A stretch of 43,649 nucleotides of DNA from a virus (taxonomy: Duplodnaviria > Caudoviricetes): positions 1 through 43,649 of the IMG/VR virus record IMGVR_UViG_3300022602_000179. The stretch is one strand, 5' to 3'. A program made the translations under genes and the position numbers. The notes beneath the pieces were generated by a model, which was not told where the DNA came from, ran no database searches, and saw nothing but the letters and a program-made list of their open reading frames with translations. Position 1 is the stretch's first letter. Each line of letters opens with the position of its first letter. Shown piece by piece: positions 17,649 to 26,054 of the stretch.

Positions 17649-18956
17649 ATGGCAAAGGCAAAACTTCAGTGGCATATTGAACAACGTGTAGTTAGTGATC
17701 TTACCAAATGGGATAAGAATCCACGTAAAATGTCAGATAAAGAACGCAGTGACTTACACAAATCTTTTCAAAAGTTTAATTATGTTGAAGTGATTGTTAT
17801 TGATACTGACAATAGAATTGTTGGTGGTCATCAGCGTATTACTGAAATGGAGAACTCAAACCGACAGGATGAATTGGTAGATGTCCGGGTACCTAATAGA
17901 AAACTATCAGAAAAAGAATTTGAAGAGCTTGCAGTTCGTTTAAATAAGAATCATGGCCAGTGGGATGAAGAGCTGTTGAAACAATTCTTTAATTCAGATG
18001 ATTTAAAAGATTGGGGATTTGATGAACAGGAGTTGAATAATATCTATGATGATATCGAATTGCAGGAAGATGATTTTAACCTGGAGGAAGAACTGGCTAA
18101 GATTGAAACGCCTGAAACTGTCACCGGTGATATGTATTTGCTTGGTGATCATAAGTTGCTTTGTGGTGATAGTACCCTGGAAGAAGATATTCTTAAATTA
18201 TCCGGTGGAGCTCCTGCAGCAGTTATTTATTGCGATCCTCCTTACAATATTGGTTTGTCATATCATAAAGGCATTAAAGGAAACTCCAATAAGAAAACTT
18301 ACACCAATAAAGTTTTCAATGATAGCATGAAGGATCAGGATTACCTGGAGTGGATTAAAAACACTATTACCAATGCTTTATTGCTTTCAAACAATAACGT
18401 TCATGTGTTCTATTGGTGTGATCCTAAATACATTGGTTTAATTCAGGAAGCTTATAAGCAAACGTCCGTTAAGAACAAAAGCGTTTGTTTCTGGCTGAAG
18501 AATCAATTTAATCCTGTTATTCAAATGGCTTTCAACAGAGTTATTGAGCCTTGTATTTATGGTACCATTGGAAAACCACGCCTTAATAAAAACATTCAGA
18601 ATCTTTCTGAAATACTAAATAAAGAAGTTTCCGGAAGGAATATTCATGAATCTGTTTTGGATATAACTGATTTATGGTTAGCACACCGGGATCAGACAAA
18701 CGAATATGAACATCCAACACAAAAACCAATTACACTGCATGAAAAACCTTTGAAGCGTTGTTCATCTCCAGGAAGTATTGTTGTTGATTTGTTTGGCGGC
18801 AGTGGATCCACTCTGATTTCCTGTGAGCAACTTGGCCGCAAAGCCAGATTAATAGAACAGGATCCTGTTTTCTGTGATGTAATCGTAAAACGTTGGGAAA
18901 AGTTTACTGGTAAACAAGCAATAAAAATAACTTCAAATGGCCAAAGCAACAAGTAA
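17649..18956 (+). CDS. ParB-N domain plus N6/N4 DNA methyltransferase
   Basis: NPR and GGHQR ParB motifs; DPPY, HPTQKP and DLFGGSGST. Confidence 0.9.
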   Translation: MAKAKLQWHIEQRVVSDLTKWDKNPRKMSDKERSDLHKSFQKFNYVEVIVIDTDNRIVGGHQRITEMENSNRQDELVDVRVPNRKLSEKEFEELAVRLNKNHGQWDEELLKQFFNSDDLKDWGFDEQELNNIYDDIELQEDDFNLEEELAKIETPETVTGDMYLLGDHKLLCGDSTLEEDILKLSGGAPAAVIYCDPPYNIGLSYHKGIKGNSNKKTYTNKVFNDSMKDQDYLEWIKNTITNALLLSNNNVHVFYWCDPKYIGLIQEAYKQTSVKNKSVCFWLKNQFNPVIQMAFNRVIEPCIYGTIGKPRLNKNIQNLSEILNKEVSGRNIHESVLDITDLWLAHRDQTNEYEHPTQKPITLHEKPLKRCSSPGSIVVDLFGGSGSTLISCEQLGRKARLIEQDPVFCDVIVKRWEKFTGKQAIKITSNGQSNK

Positions 18957-19320
18957 AGCAAAAGGTGAAACCAAAAGGAATAAAGATTGGGAAGTTAATA
19001 ATGAATTGATTTCAGAAGCTTTCTTTAAATCTATTCTTAAAAATAAGAAATTCCCTACTTACCAGGCTATTGCCCGGGAACTAAATCTGAGTGAGAAAAC
19101 AGTTCGAAGACATTTGCAGGATACTGATATGTTTGAAGACCTGAAAGTTAAAATGAGAGCCATTAAGAACAAAGCAATGCTGACTCTTGCTGTAAAAGCC
19201 ATTAAAGGTGAAAGCCATCATTGGACAAGATTATTCTTTGAGGTAACAGATGAAATCAAATCAAAGGATAATAACATAACAATTTTCATTAACGGAAAAC
19301 AAGCTGGTGCCGGTAATTAA
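18937..19320 (+). CDS. terS: Terminase small subunit (HTH)
   Basis: IARELNLSEKTVRRH HTH directly upstream of TerL. Confidence 0.65.
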   Translation: MAKATSKAKGETKRNKDWEVNNELISEAFFKSILKNKKFPTYQAIARELNLSEKTVRRHLQDTDMFEDLKVKMRAIKNKAMLTLAVKAIKGESHHWTRLFFEVTDEIKSKDNNITIFINGKQAGAGN

Positions 19321-20647
19321 TATCAATATCGATTATGATAGTGTTTTTCTTCCTGTATATAAGCCACTCCTCACAACTGATGCAAAGCTAAAGTTCATAT
19401 ATGGTGGCAGAGATTCAGGAAAGAGCCGTGATATTGCCCAACGCAAAATAATTGATTGCCTTATAAAGCCTTTCTTCAGGTGTATTCTGATTAAAAAAAC
19501 TCATGCTTCAATCAAGGATTCTCAGTGGCAACTCATTAAAGATATATGTGAAGAATGGGGTATTGCCCATTTATTTGACTTTAGAACCTCACCATTAGAA
19601 ATCAGATGTAAAGTAAACGGCAATAAATTCATTTGCCGTGGTATGGATGATCCGGCTAAAATCAAATCTATCAATGAACCTTCAGATGCATGGATAGAGG
19701 AAGGGAATCAATTGACAATGGAAGACTGGATTTATATCATTACTACTTTAAGAAGTAATAATGGTCCGGTTGGAATTGAAATGTCTTTCAATACTGAAAC
19801 GAAAGGAGATTATGAAGACTTCTGGTTATATAAGGAATATTTCAGTCATACTACAGAGAAAAGCTTTACTCATACTAAGACTATTACATTTGGCAGTGAG
19901 AAGATTGAAATAAAATATATTGCCATTCATACAACCTACCGGGATAATCCTTATGTAAGCATTGAGCGTAAAGCTTATCACGAAGGATTACAGGTAATGA
20001 ATTATTACTGGTACAAGGTGTTCACCCTTGGTGAATGGGGTAATGAGGAAAACAATAGTCCATGGTTGTTTGCTTTCAATAGACAAAAACACGTTTCTCC
20101 GGTTGAATTATTCGCCAAACGTTCAGATATTCTATATCTCACATGGGATTTTAACCGAAATCCAACTGTCTGTACTGTTATTCAGTGGGACCAGGTTAAA
20201 CAGGTTGTTTACATTATTGAAGTGATTAAAGTTCCTAATATTGGTACTGAAGGCATTTGTGAAATTGTTAAACAGAAATATCCAGGATTCCTATACGTAG
20301 TTACAGGTGACTATTCCGGAGATACAGCATCTTCTTTATATAAAGAACAGATTACAAACTTTTCTTTAATCAAAAAACTGCTGAATCTGAATGATGGCCA
20401 GATTAAAATAAGTCCTAATCCAAGACTGGAGAAAAACCAAACTTTGGTTAATACCATTTTCCATAGTTATAATATCCTGATGTGCCCGGTTAAAGCAAAA
20501 CCAGCTATTTACGATGCTGAAAATGTCAAAAAGCGTGCTGATGGTACCATCGTTAAGGACAACCGTAATGATCCAAGCCAACAGGCCGATGTATTGGATA
20601 CGATACGTTATTGGTTTAATCAGTTCATGGGTTGGTTTATAAAATAA
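19307..20647 (+). CDS. terL: Terminase large subunit (PBSX-like)
   Basis: GGRDSGKS Walker A, WIEE Walker B, TYRDNP, WDFN and DVLDTIRY. Confidence 0.92.
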   Translation: MPVININIDYDSVFLPVYKPLLTTDAKLKFIYGGRDSGKSRDIAQRKIIDCLIKPFFRCILIKKTHASIKDSQWQLIKDICEEWGIAHLFDFRTSPLEIRCKVNGNKFICRGMDDPAKIKSINEPSDAWIEEGNQLTMEDWIYIITTLRSNNGPVGIEMSFNTETKGDYEDFWLYKEYFSHTTEKSFTHTKTITFGSEKIEIKYIAIHTTYRDNPYVSIERKAYHEGLQVMNYYWYKVFTLGEWGNEENNSPWLFAFNRQKHVSPVELFAKRSDILYLTWDFNRNPTVCTVIQWDQVKQVVYIIEVIKVPNIGTEGICEIVKQKYPGFLYVVTGDYSGDTASSLYKEQITNFSLIKKLLNLNDGQIKISPNPRLEKNQTLVNTIFHSYNILMCPVKAKPAIYDAENVKKRADGTIVKDNRNDPSQQADVLDTIRYWFNQFMGWFIK

Positions 20648-20648
20648 T

Positions 20649-20689
20649 TTATCTTAAAGAGTGTAATTTTATCTTTATGAGTATATTTG
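20649..20689 (+). promoter_or_regulatory. Late promoter 2: tandem boxes 20 bp apart plus -7 box
   Basis: TTATCTTAAAGAGTG 20649-20663, TTATCTTTATGAGTA 20669-20683, TATATTTG 20682-20689. Confidence 0.65.
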
Positions 20690-20705
20690 TTTTAAATTTA
20701 ATGTA

Positions 20706-21032
20706 ATGAGTTGCGAAAAAGGATGTTTTCAACTGCGTGTAAAATGCTGCGATAGTCCAAATATATCAGTAGGACTCACTGCTGAAACCACTTATCAGGT
20801 TACAGTTAACAGAGTTGGAAATACTCAGTTTTATAAGCAGGACGTAACTACTGATAGTAATGGAGCTTTCGTTATTGAAAAGGCACCATTTCCGGCCGGC
20901 TATTTTGCTTATGGTTTTTTAAATGTAACAATTGCCACTGGTACGGATTACGAAACATTACAACCGATTACTCAAAACGGTATAGAATACAATTGCTTAT
21001 TACTTGAACTGATAGATATTGAAGAATTATGA
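20706..21032 (+). CDS. Cys-containing beta-rich protein, possibly structural
   Basis: Beta-sandwich-like composition; MSCEKGC..CC. Confidence 0.55.
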   Translation: MSCEKGCFQLRVKCCDSPNISVGLTAETTYQVTVNRVGNTQFYKQDVTTDSNGAFVIEKAPFPAGYFAYGFLNVTIATGTDYETLQPITQNGIEYNCLLLELIDIEEL

Positions 21033-21370
21033 TAATACAGGCAATCATATTGAGTTTACAGATTACAGCAATTTACATTGTGTTTCAGCAAGGTATGTTG
21101 CTTGGTTGGTTGAGGATTGGAGCGGCTAATTTATTGGACGATTCATTTGGCTTCTGTTGTAAAAAAATGAATATAGACAGTCCATTATTGACAGGGAAGA
21201 AACTTAGTCTATACATTCAAAAACCTTTATGGGAATGTTTGATGTGTATGTCAAGTGTCTGGACAATAGTGTTGACACATTCATTCAATATTAAATTGAT
21301 TCTTTTAGTGTGTGGTATAAATTCTTTGATTGATAAATTCTTAGATTATGAAACAAAAGTTGGAGGCTAA
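21029..21370 (+). CDS. Membrane protein with CxxC (DUF1360-like)
   Basis: Hydrophobic segments and KPLWECLMCMSSVW. Confidence 0.55.
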   Translation: MIIQAIILSLQITAIYIVFQQGMLLGWLRIGAANLLDDSFGFCCKKMNIDSPLLTGKKLSLYIQKPLWECLMCMSSVWTIVLTHSFNIKLILLVCGINSLIDKFLDYETKVGG

Positions 21371-21566
21371 AGGATGGGTTATGTTTCATGAATGCAATAC
21401 GTGTTCCGGGCATAGACAGTTTTTTAAAAATGTGGATTATCCGGATTATGAAATAAGAATCAAGACGAAGAATCAAACGTTCAGTATCCTATTTAAAAAT
21501 TTAATTGTTGCAGGCCCGTTTTGGGGTTTTCAAATAGAAGAAAAGCTTACTCAATATGTCAAATAA
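21348..21566 (+). CDS. Hypothetical protein (CxxC)
   Basis: Overlapping ORF. Confidence 0.5.
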   Translation: MKQKLEAKGWVMFHECNTCSGHRQFFKNVDYPDYEIRIKTKNQTFSILFKNLIVAGPFWGFQIEEKLTQYVK

Positions 21567-22173
21567 CAAAGTCGAAATTAAAACAGGCATTAATCCGAAA
21601 GACTTCTTTCCGGATGCAAAGCATATTATCACTTATGGTTTTACCATAGCTGAACGGCACTATTTCCGTTTTGATGATCCGCTGAATACTCCTTATGACA
21701 GAGCTTTAAAATGCCTGGTATATTATAAGGAACTTGATATGAATTGCGACCGTGCATTCATCAAGGCTCATACTGAAGCTTTTGATAATGCCTTAAAGCA
21801 ATCTTCTATAAATATCGATACATTGGTTGAATTAAAGCAATTGAATGATCAGTTGAAACAAAGATTAGAGTTGCCCAAAGAGCCTGATTTGATGTATAAA
21901 CTGGCATCTGTAGTATTCTTTGATCAACATGAGAATCCATTGGTATATGAATTCAAATATGGAGAGAACAAAATAAAGTTCTGGAAGAAAAATACAACAC
22001 TTGCTGATTTTTTTTTGCAGAAGCCTTTGCGGGAACTGATTCCATATTTGGAATATGCAGGGGAAAATTTAGAAACGTTTTCCCAGATGACAGAAAAAGC
22101 AAATCAGGAACATTTAGACAGGATATTGCCAATGCTATCGGACGTACAGAGGACGATATTGCTAAGCAAATAA
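21556..22173 (+). CDS. Tail assembly chaperone (gpG-like)
   Basis: Directly upstream of the tape measure gene, with a slippery site. Confidence 0.7.
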   Translation: MSNNKVEIKTGINPKDFFPDAKHIITYGFTIAERHYFRFDDPLNTPYDRALKCLVYYKELDMNCDRAFIKAHTEAFDNALKQSSINIDTLVELKQLNDQLKQRLELPKEPDLMYKLASVVFFDQHENPLVYEFKYGENKIKFWKKNTTLADFFLQKPLRELIPYLEYAGENLETFSQMTEKANQEHLDRILPMLSDVQRTILLSK

Positions 22174-22292
22174 ACATTGTCGCCGGCACTTTAAACAGTG
22201 CAATACTTTCTCACTTAACAATATATGAGTTCTACTGGAATCTGGAAGAGATTATAAAGAGTGCTCATAGACAAAAGACAAAAAATAAATAA
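22008..22292 (+). CDS. -1 frameshift extension of the tail assembly chaperone (gpGT-like)
   Basis: The -1 frame opens exactly at the T9 run and is stop-free for 94 codons (..LTIYEFYWNLEEIIK..KNK*). It ends in TAATG overlapping the TMP start. Confidence 0.75.
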   Translation, partial: FFFAEAFAGTDSIFGICRGKFRNVFPDDRKSKSGTFRQDIANAIGRTEDDIAKQINIVAGTLNSAILSHLTIYEFYWNLEEIIKSAHRQKTKNK

Positions 22293-25200
22293 TGTCGGAC
22301 GTTGTAATAAATTTTGTTGGTGATACTTCAGGACTTGCACCTGTAGAAGATTCATTAGATGGTATTATTGCTCAGGCAGGAGATGTTGGACAAGCGTGGA
22401 AGAAAGCTTCTGATTCAATGAATACTTCCAATAATACCACTGTTGAAAGTTCCACTAAAGTAGTTAAGAGTATTGCTGATATGGCAGCAGCAGCCAAGAA
22501 TATGGATAAAGCGGTAATTGGAGGTGCTTATAAAGATTATCTTAAACAAATTCAAACTCAGTTAGGACTTACTAATCAGGAGCTCGTTAAATATATCAAT
22601 ACGGCAAAAGCTGCTGCACAACAAAGTATGTTTTCTGCCACTTCACAGGATGAAGCAGATAAAATAGGCGCATCCATTCAGGCAATGAACGAACAGCTTA
22701 TACAATTGGGGTCATCAGAAGATGATACCGGGAATAAAACTCAATCATTGCGCCAACGAATAAAGGAAGTTAAATTAGAATTAACCGCCATGGCCGATGC
22801 TGGTTTACAAGGAACTCCTGCATTTGAAAAATTAAAACAAAAGGGTGGTGATCTTGATAAGCAGATGGTTTCCTTAAACAAAACTATCAGCAATCTTGGT
22901 AGTGAGCATAAAAGTGTTGATGGTGTTATTAGTTTAATGACTGGAGTTGCCGGAGGTTTTGCGGCAGCCCAGGGTGCGGCTGCATTATTTGGCGATGAAA
23001 ATGTGGAAGTACAGAAAGCTTTACAGAAAGTAATGGGAGCAATGGCATTACTTCAGGGAATTCAGCAAATTTCAGAAACGCTTTCTGAAAAGAGTTCAGG
23101 TATGTTATTGATTGAAAGCCTGTTAAGAAAAAATGTTGCTACTGCTACAGATGTACAAACAGCTTCACAGGAAGTTAATACTACAACAAAAGAAGGTGGT
23201 GTAGCAGCTACTGAAGCTATTGTTTTGGCAGAAGGTGAACAAGCGGTAGCAACTGATACTGCAACCGTAGCGCAAGTTGCTTTAAATACGGCAATGGAAT
23301 TAAATCCTGCATGGGCTGTTATAGCCGGATTGGTTGCATTGGCTGAGGTTATAGGAATATTCATTTCGATGAATAGAACAGCAGAACAAACTCAGTTAGC
23401 TTTAAATGATGCTGTTAAACAGTCAACAGAATATTTGGATATTGATCTTAAAACAATTGATGCTAAAGCAAAAATGAGTGCTGCATTAGATAAACAACGT
23501 GGAGCTTCAGCAGTTGAAATGGCAGCACAGGAAGGAAAATATGGCAATGAAAGACTTAAATCTATTAATGCTCAGATTGCAGCTAATGAAACATTACTGG
23601 AAAAGGCTAAAGTAACCAATAAAACAACCGGTGAGTATTATCAAAAATTACTGGATACGCAATTAAAGCTTCAATTACAATATTCTTCAGAACGAGAAGC
23701 TCTCGAAGTAAAAGCAGTTGAATTCAATAAACTAAAAGCTGACGAAGAATTAAAGAACTTTATTGGATTGCAGGAAGCAAAAGTTTCTGCTACCATTGCC
23801 GGAACAGATGCAGAACGTAATCAGCAGATCAATACTATTCGTGCAATTTCAGCGGAGCGGGAAAAGTCTGCAGATTTTATTGCATTAACCGAAGGTGAAA
23901 AAGCAAAACAACGTGCAGATGATGACCGTCAGATTCAGGCTTTGAAATTACAAAACTATCAGCATTATCTGAAAGGGAGAACGGATGCGCAGGATGCGCA
24001 GGTTGCAGATGCAAAACAAATCATTCTGAAAAATCAGGTAAATAGTATTGAGTCTATAAATGCTATCACAGATGCAGAAATTAAAGCCGAAAAATTGAAG
24101 CGTGAGGAAGCTTTATCAAATCCTTCTTTAAATACCGGAGAGCAGGAAAAAATAATTGCAGAATCCAATTTAAGAATAGAGGAATTGGAGAATCAAAAAC
24201 AATTAAAAATTCTAGAGATCCAAAAATCCGGTATTAGTGCCCAGTTATTATTAGCAGCTAAAGGAAGCGTTGACGAATACAATGCTAAATTAGCCATGAT
24301 CAATAAAGAACAGGAGATTGAGCTTGCTGCTAAGAAACTTACTCAACAACAGATTGACGAGATCAATGCCAAAGCTGCTAAGGCAAAACATGAGCTATCT
24401 GTAGAAGAAAAGCTGATTGAATTAACTGATGAAGGCAATTTACTGGATGCACAGTTGGCATCTTATGGTAAAAATGAAACAAACAAATTAAATATTTCCT
24501 TAAACAGACTGGATTCCCAGCTGGATGCTTTTGGAAAAGCAGAAAATAAGAAACTGGAACTGACAATTGCCAGATTAAAAGTTGAAGAATCAAAAGAGAT
24601 AGCTTCTTCAGATATGAAGTTGTCCACTATTGCAGCAATTATAGCCAAATATAATAAGCAGATACGGGATGCAAATATCGCCAGTATAGAATCCGAGTTA
24701 ACTGCAAAAATTGGTTTGTTGGAAACTTATACTCATGCCAGCAAAGCAGCCGATCAGGAAATCATTAGTAGTAGCTTGAGTAGTGTCGAAATGAAAATTG
24801 CTGCTAATGAAGATTTATTTAAACAGGAAAACGCTATTACTGATTTAAAAGTAGCTGCATTAAAGAAAGAATTAGCAGACAAATTAATATCTGATAAAGA
24901 GTATGCATTGAAGTATCAGGGAATTCTTAATGAAGAAAACGACAATGAATTAAAATATAGTAAACAAAGAGTTGCTATTTATCAGGCAGAAATGCAGCAG
25001 AAGCTTACTTTAATGAAAGGAGTTTTGGATACAGTGCAAAAAGGTATTGATGCCAGCATGGAGTCTTCCGCTGTAAAAACTGCTTTAACTAATATTATCT
25101 CCTCTTATAATGCAATAGGTACTGCAATTAATACTGCTACTGCCAATAATATAGCTTTTCAGGCAAGGCAGGCAGAGATCAATAAAATGGCAGATGATCA

Positions 25201-26053
25201 GCACAAGAAAGATGCTCAGGCTGCTTTGGATGACCAGAAAGCAATGTCCAAAAAACAGGAGAATATTGCTATATTTAATGCTGCTGTCAGTACTGTTCAG
25301 AACACTATCAATCAACTATTTACAGATGAAGCAGCAGCACGTCAAACGGCTTTAACCAATACACTCAATACATTAGAGACTGAGAAAAATGCTGAACTCG
25401 ATAATAAAAATCTTACTAAAGAACAGATTGCCAATATCAATCAGAAATATGCTGATCTGGAGAAACAGGAAAAAATAAAAGCCTGGAAAGCAGATCAGAA
25501 GGCGAAAGAAGAAGAGGCAATTATTAATGGAGCTGTAGCAATTACCAAAACATTTGCTGAGCTTGGTTTTCCGGCCGGTTTATTAATGGCTGGAGTAATA
25601 GCAGCTGCCACAGCTATTCAGGTTGCTAAAATTGCAGGAGCTACTCAACCACAGTTCCGTCACGGAGCTATTGATATACAAGGTCCTGGAACAACTACCA
25701 GTGATAGTATTCATGCTAAAATCAGTAAAGGAGAATCTGTAATAAAAGCTGATTCAACCGCTAAATGGAAAGATGCACTGGAAGCAATCAATAATGATAA
25801 GTTTGAAAGCTATATGGCTAATAATATTTCAAAATTTATTTACCCGCAGGTTCCGGATTTTTTACAGACGGATAGTTCAAAACAAATTGACTATAATAAG
25901 TTAGCTGAAGCAGTGGCCAGTAAAATGAAAGGAGTAATTCCTGCTTCCAGTTCAACACATGTGAATATAGATAAAAATGGTATTACGACTATGTTAATCA
26001 GCGAGCATAGTAAAACAGAAATTAAAAACAGGTACTTTTCAATGAAGTCATAA
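22292..26053 (+). CDS. Tail tape measure protein
   Basis: 1253 aa, helical, Ala/Lys/Glu-rich with TM-like segments; C-terminal GPGTTTSDSIHAKISKGESV motif. Confidence 0.88.
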   Translation: MSDVVINFVGDTSGLAPVEDSLDGIIAQAGDVGQAWKKASDSMNTSNNTTVESSTKVVKSIADMAAAAKNMDKAVIGGAYKDYLKQIQTQLGLTNQELVKYINTAKAAAQQSMFSATSQDEADKIGASIQAMNEQLIQLGSSEDDTGNKTQSLRQRIKEVKLELTAMADAGLQGTPAFEKLKQKGGDLDKQMVSLNKTISNLGSEHKSVDGVISLMTGVAGGFAAAQGAAALFGDENVEVQKALQKVMGAMALLQGIQQISETLSEKSSGMLLIESLLRKNVATATDVQTASQEVNTTTKEGGVAATEAIVLAEGEQAVATDTATVAQVALNTAMELNPAWAVIAGLVALAEVIGIFISMNRTAEQTQLALNDAVKQSTEYLDIDLKTIDAKAKMSAALDKQRGASAVEMAAQEGKYGNERLKSINAQIAANETLLEKAKVTNKTTGEYYQKLLDTQLKLQLQYSSEREALEVKAVEFNKLKADEELKNFIGLQEAKVSATIAGTDAERNQQINTIRAISAEREKSADFIALTEGEKAKQRADDDRQIQALKLQNYQHYLKGRTDAQDAQVADAKQIILKNQVNSIESINAITDAEIKAEKLKREEALSNPSLNTGEQEKIIAESNLRIEELENQKQLKILEIQKSGISAQLLLAAKGSVDEYNAKLAMINKEQEIELAAKKLTQQQIDEINAKAAKAKHELSVEEKLIELTDEGNLLDAQLASYGKNETNKLNISLNRLDSQLDAFGKAENKKLELTIARLKVEESKEIASSDMKLSTIAAIIAKYNKQIRDANIASIESELTAKIGLLETYTHASKAADQEIISSSLSSVEMKIAANEDLFKQENAITDLKVAALKKELADKLISDKEYALKYQGILNEENDNELKYSKQRVAIYQAEMQQKLTLMKGVLDTVQKGIDASMESSAVKTALTNIISSYNAIGTAINTATANNIAFQARQAEINKMADDQHKKDAQAALDDQKAMSKKQENIAIFNAAVSTVQNTINQLFTDEAAARQTALTNTLNTLETEKNAELDNKNLTKEQIANINQKYADLEKQEKIKAWKADQKAKEEEAIINGAVAITKTFAELGFPAGLLMAGVIAAATAIQVAKIAGATQPQFRHGAIDIQGPGTTTSDSIHAKISKGESVIKADSTAKWKDALEAINNDKFESYMANNISKFIYPQVPDFLQTDSSKQIDYNKLAEAVASKMKGVIPASSSTHVNIDKNGITTMLISEHSKTEIKNRYFSMKS

Positions 26054-26054
26054 T

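Noticed and set aside
17649-18956. Restriction-modification system
   Set aside because: Orphan ParB-MTase next to the terminase, a common phage arrangement; no cognate REase adjacent.
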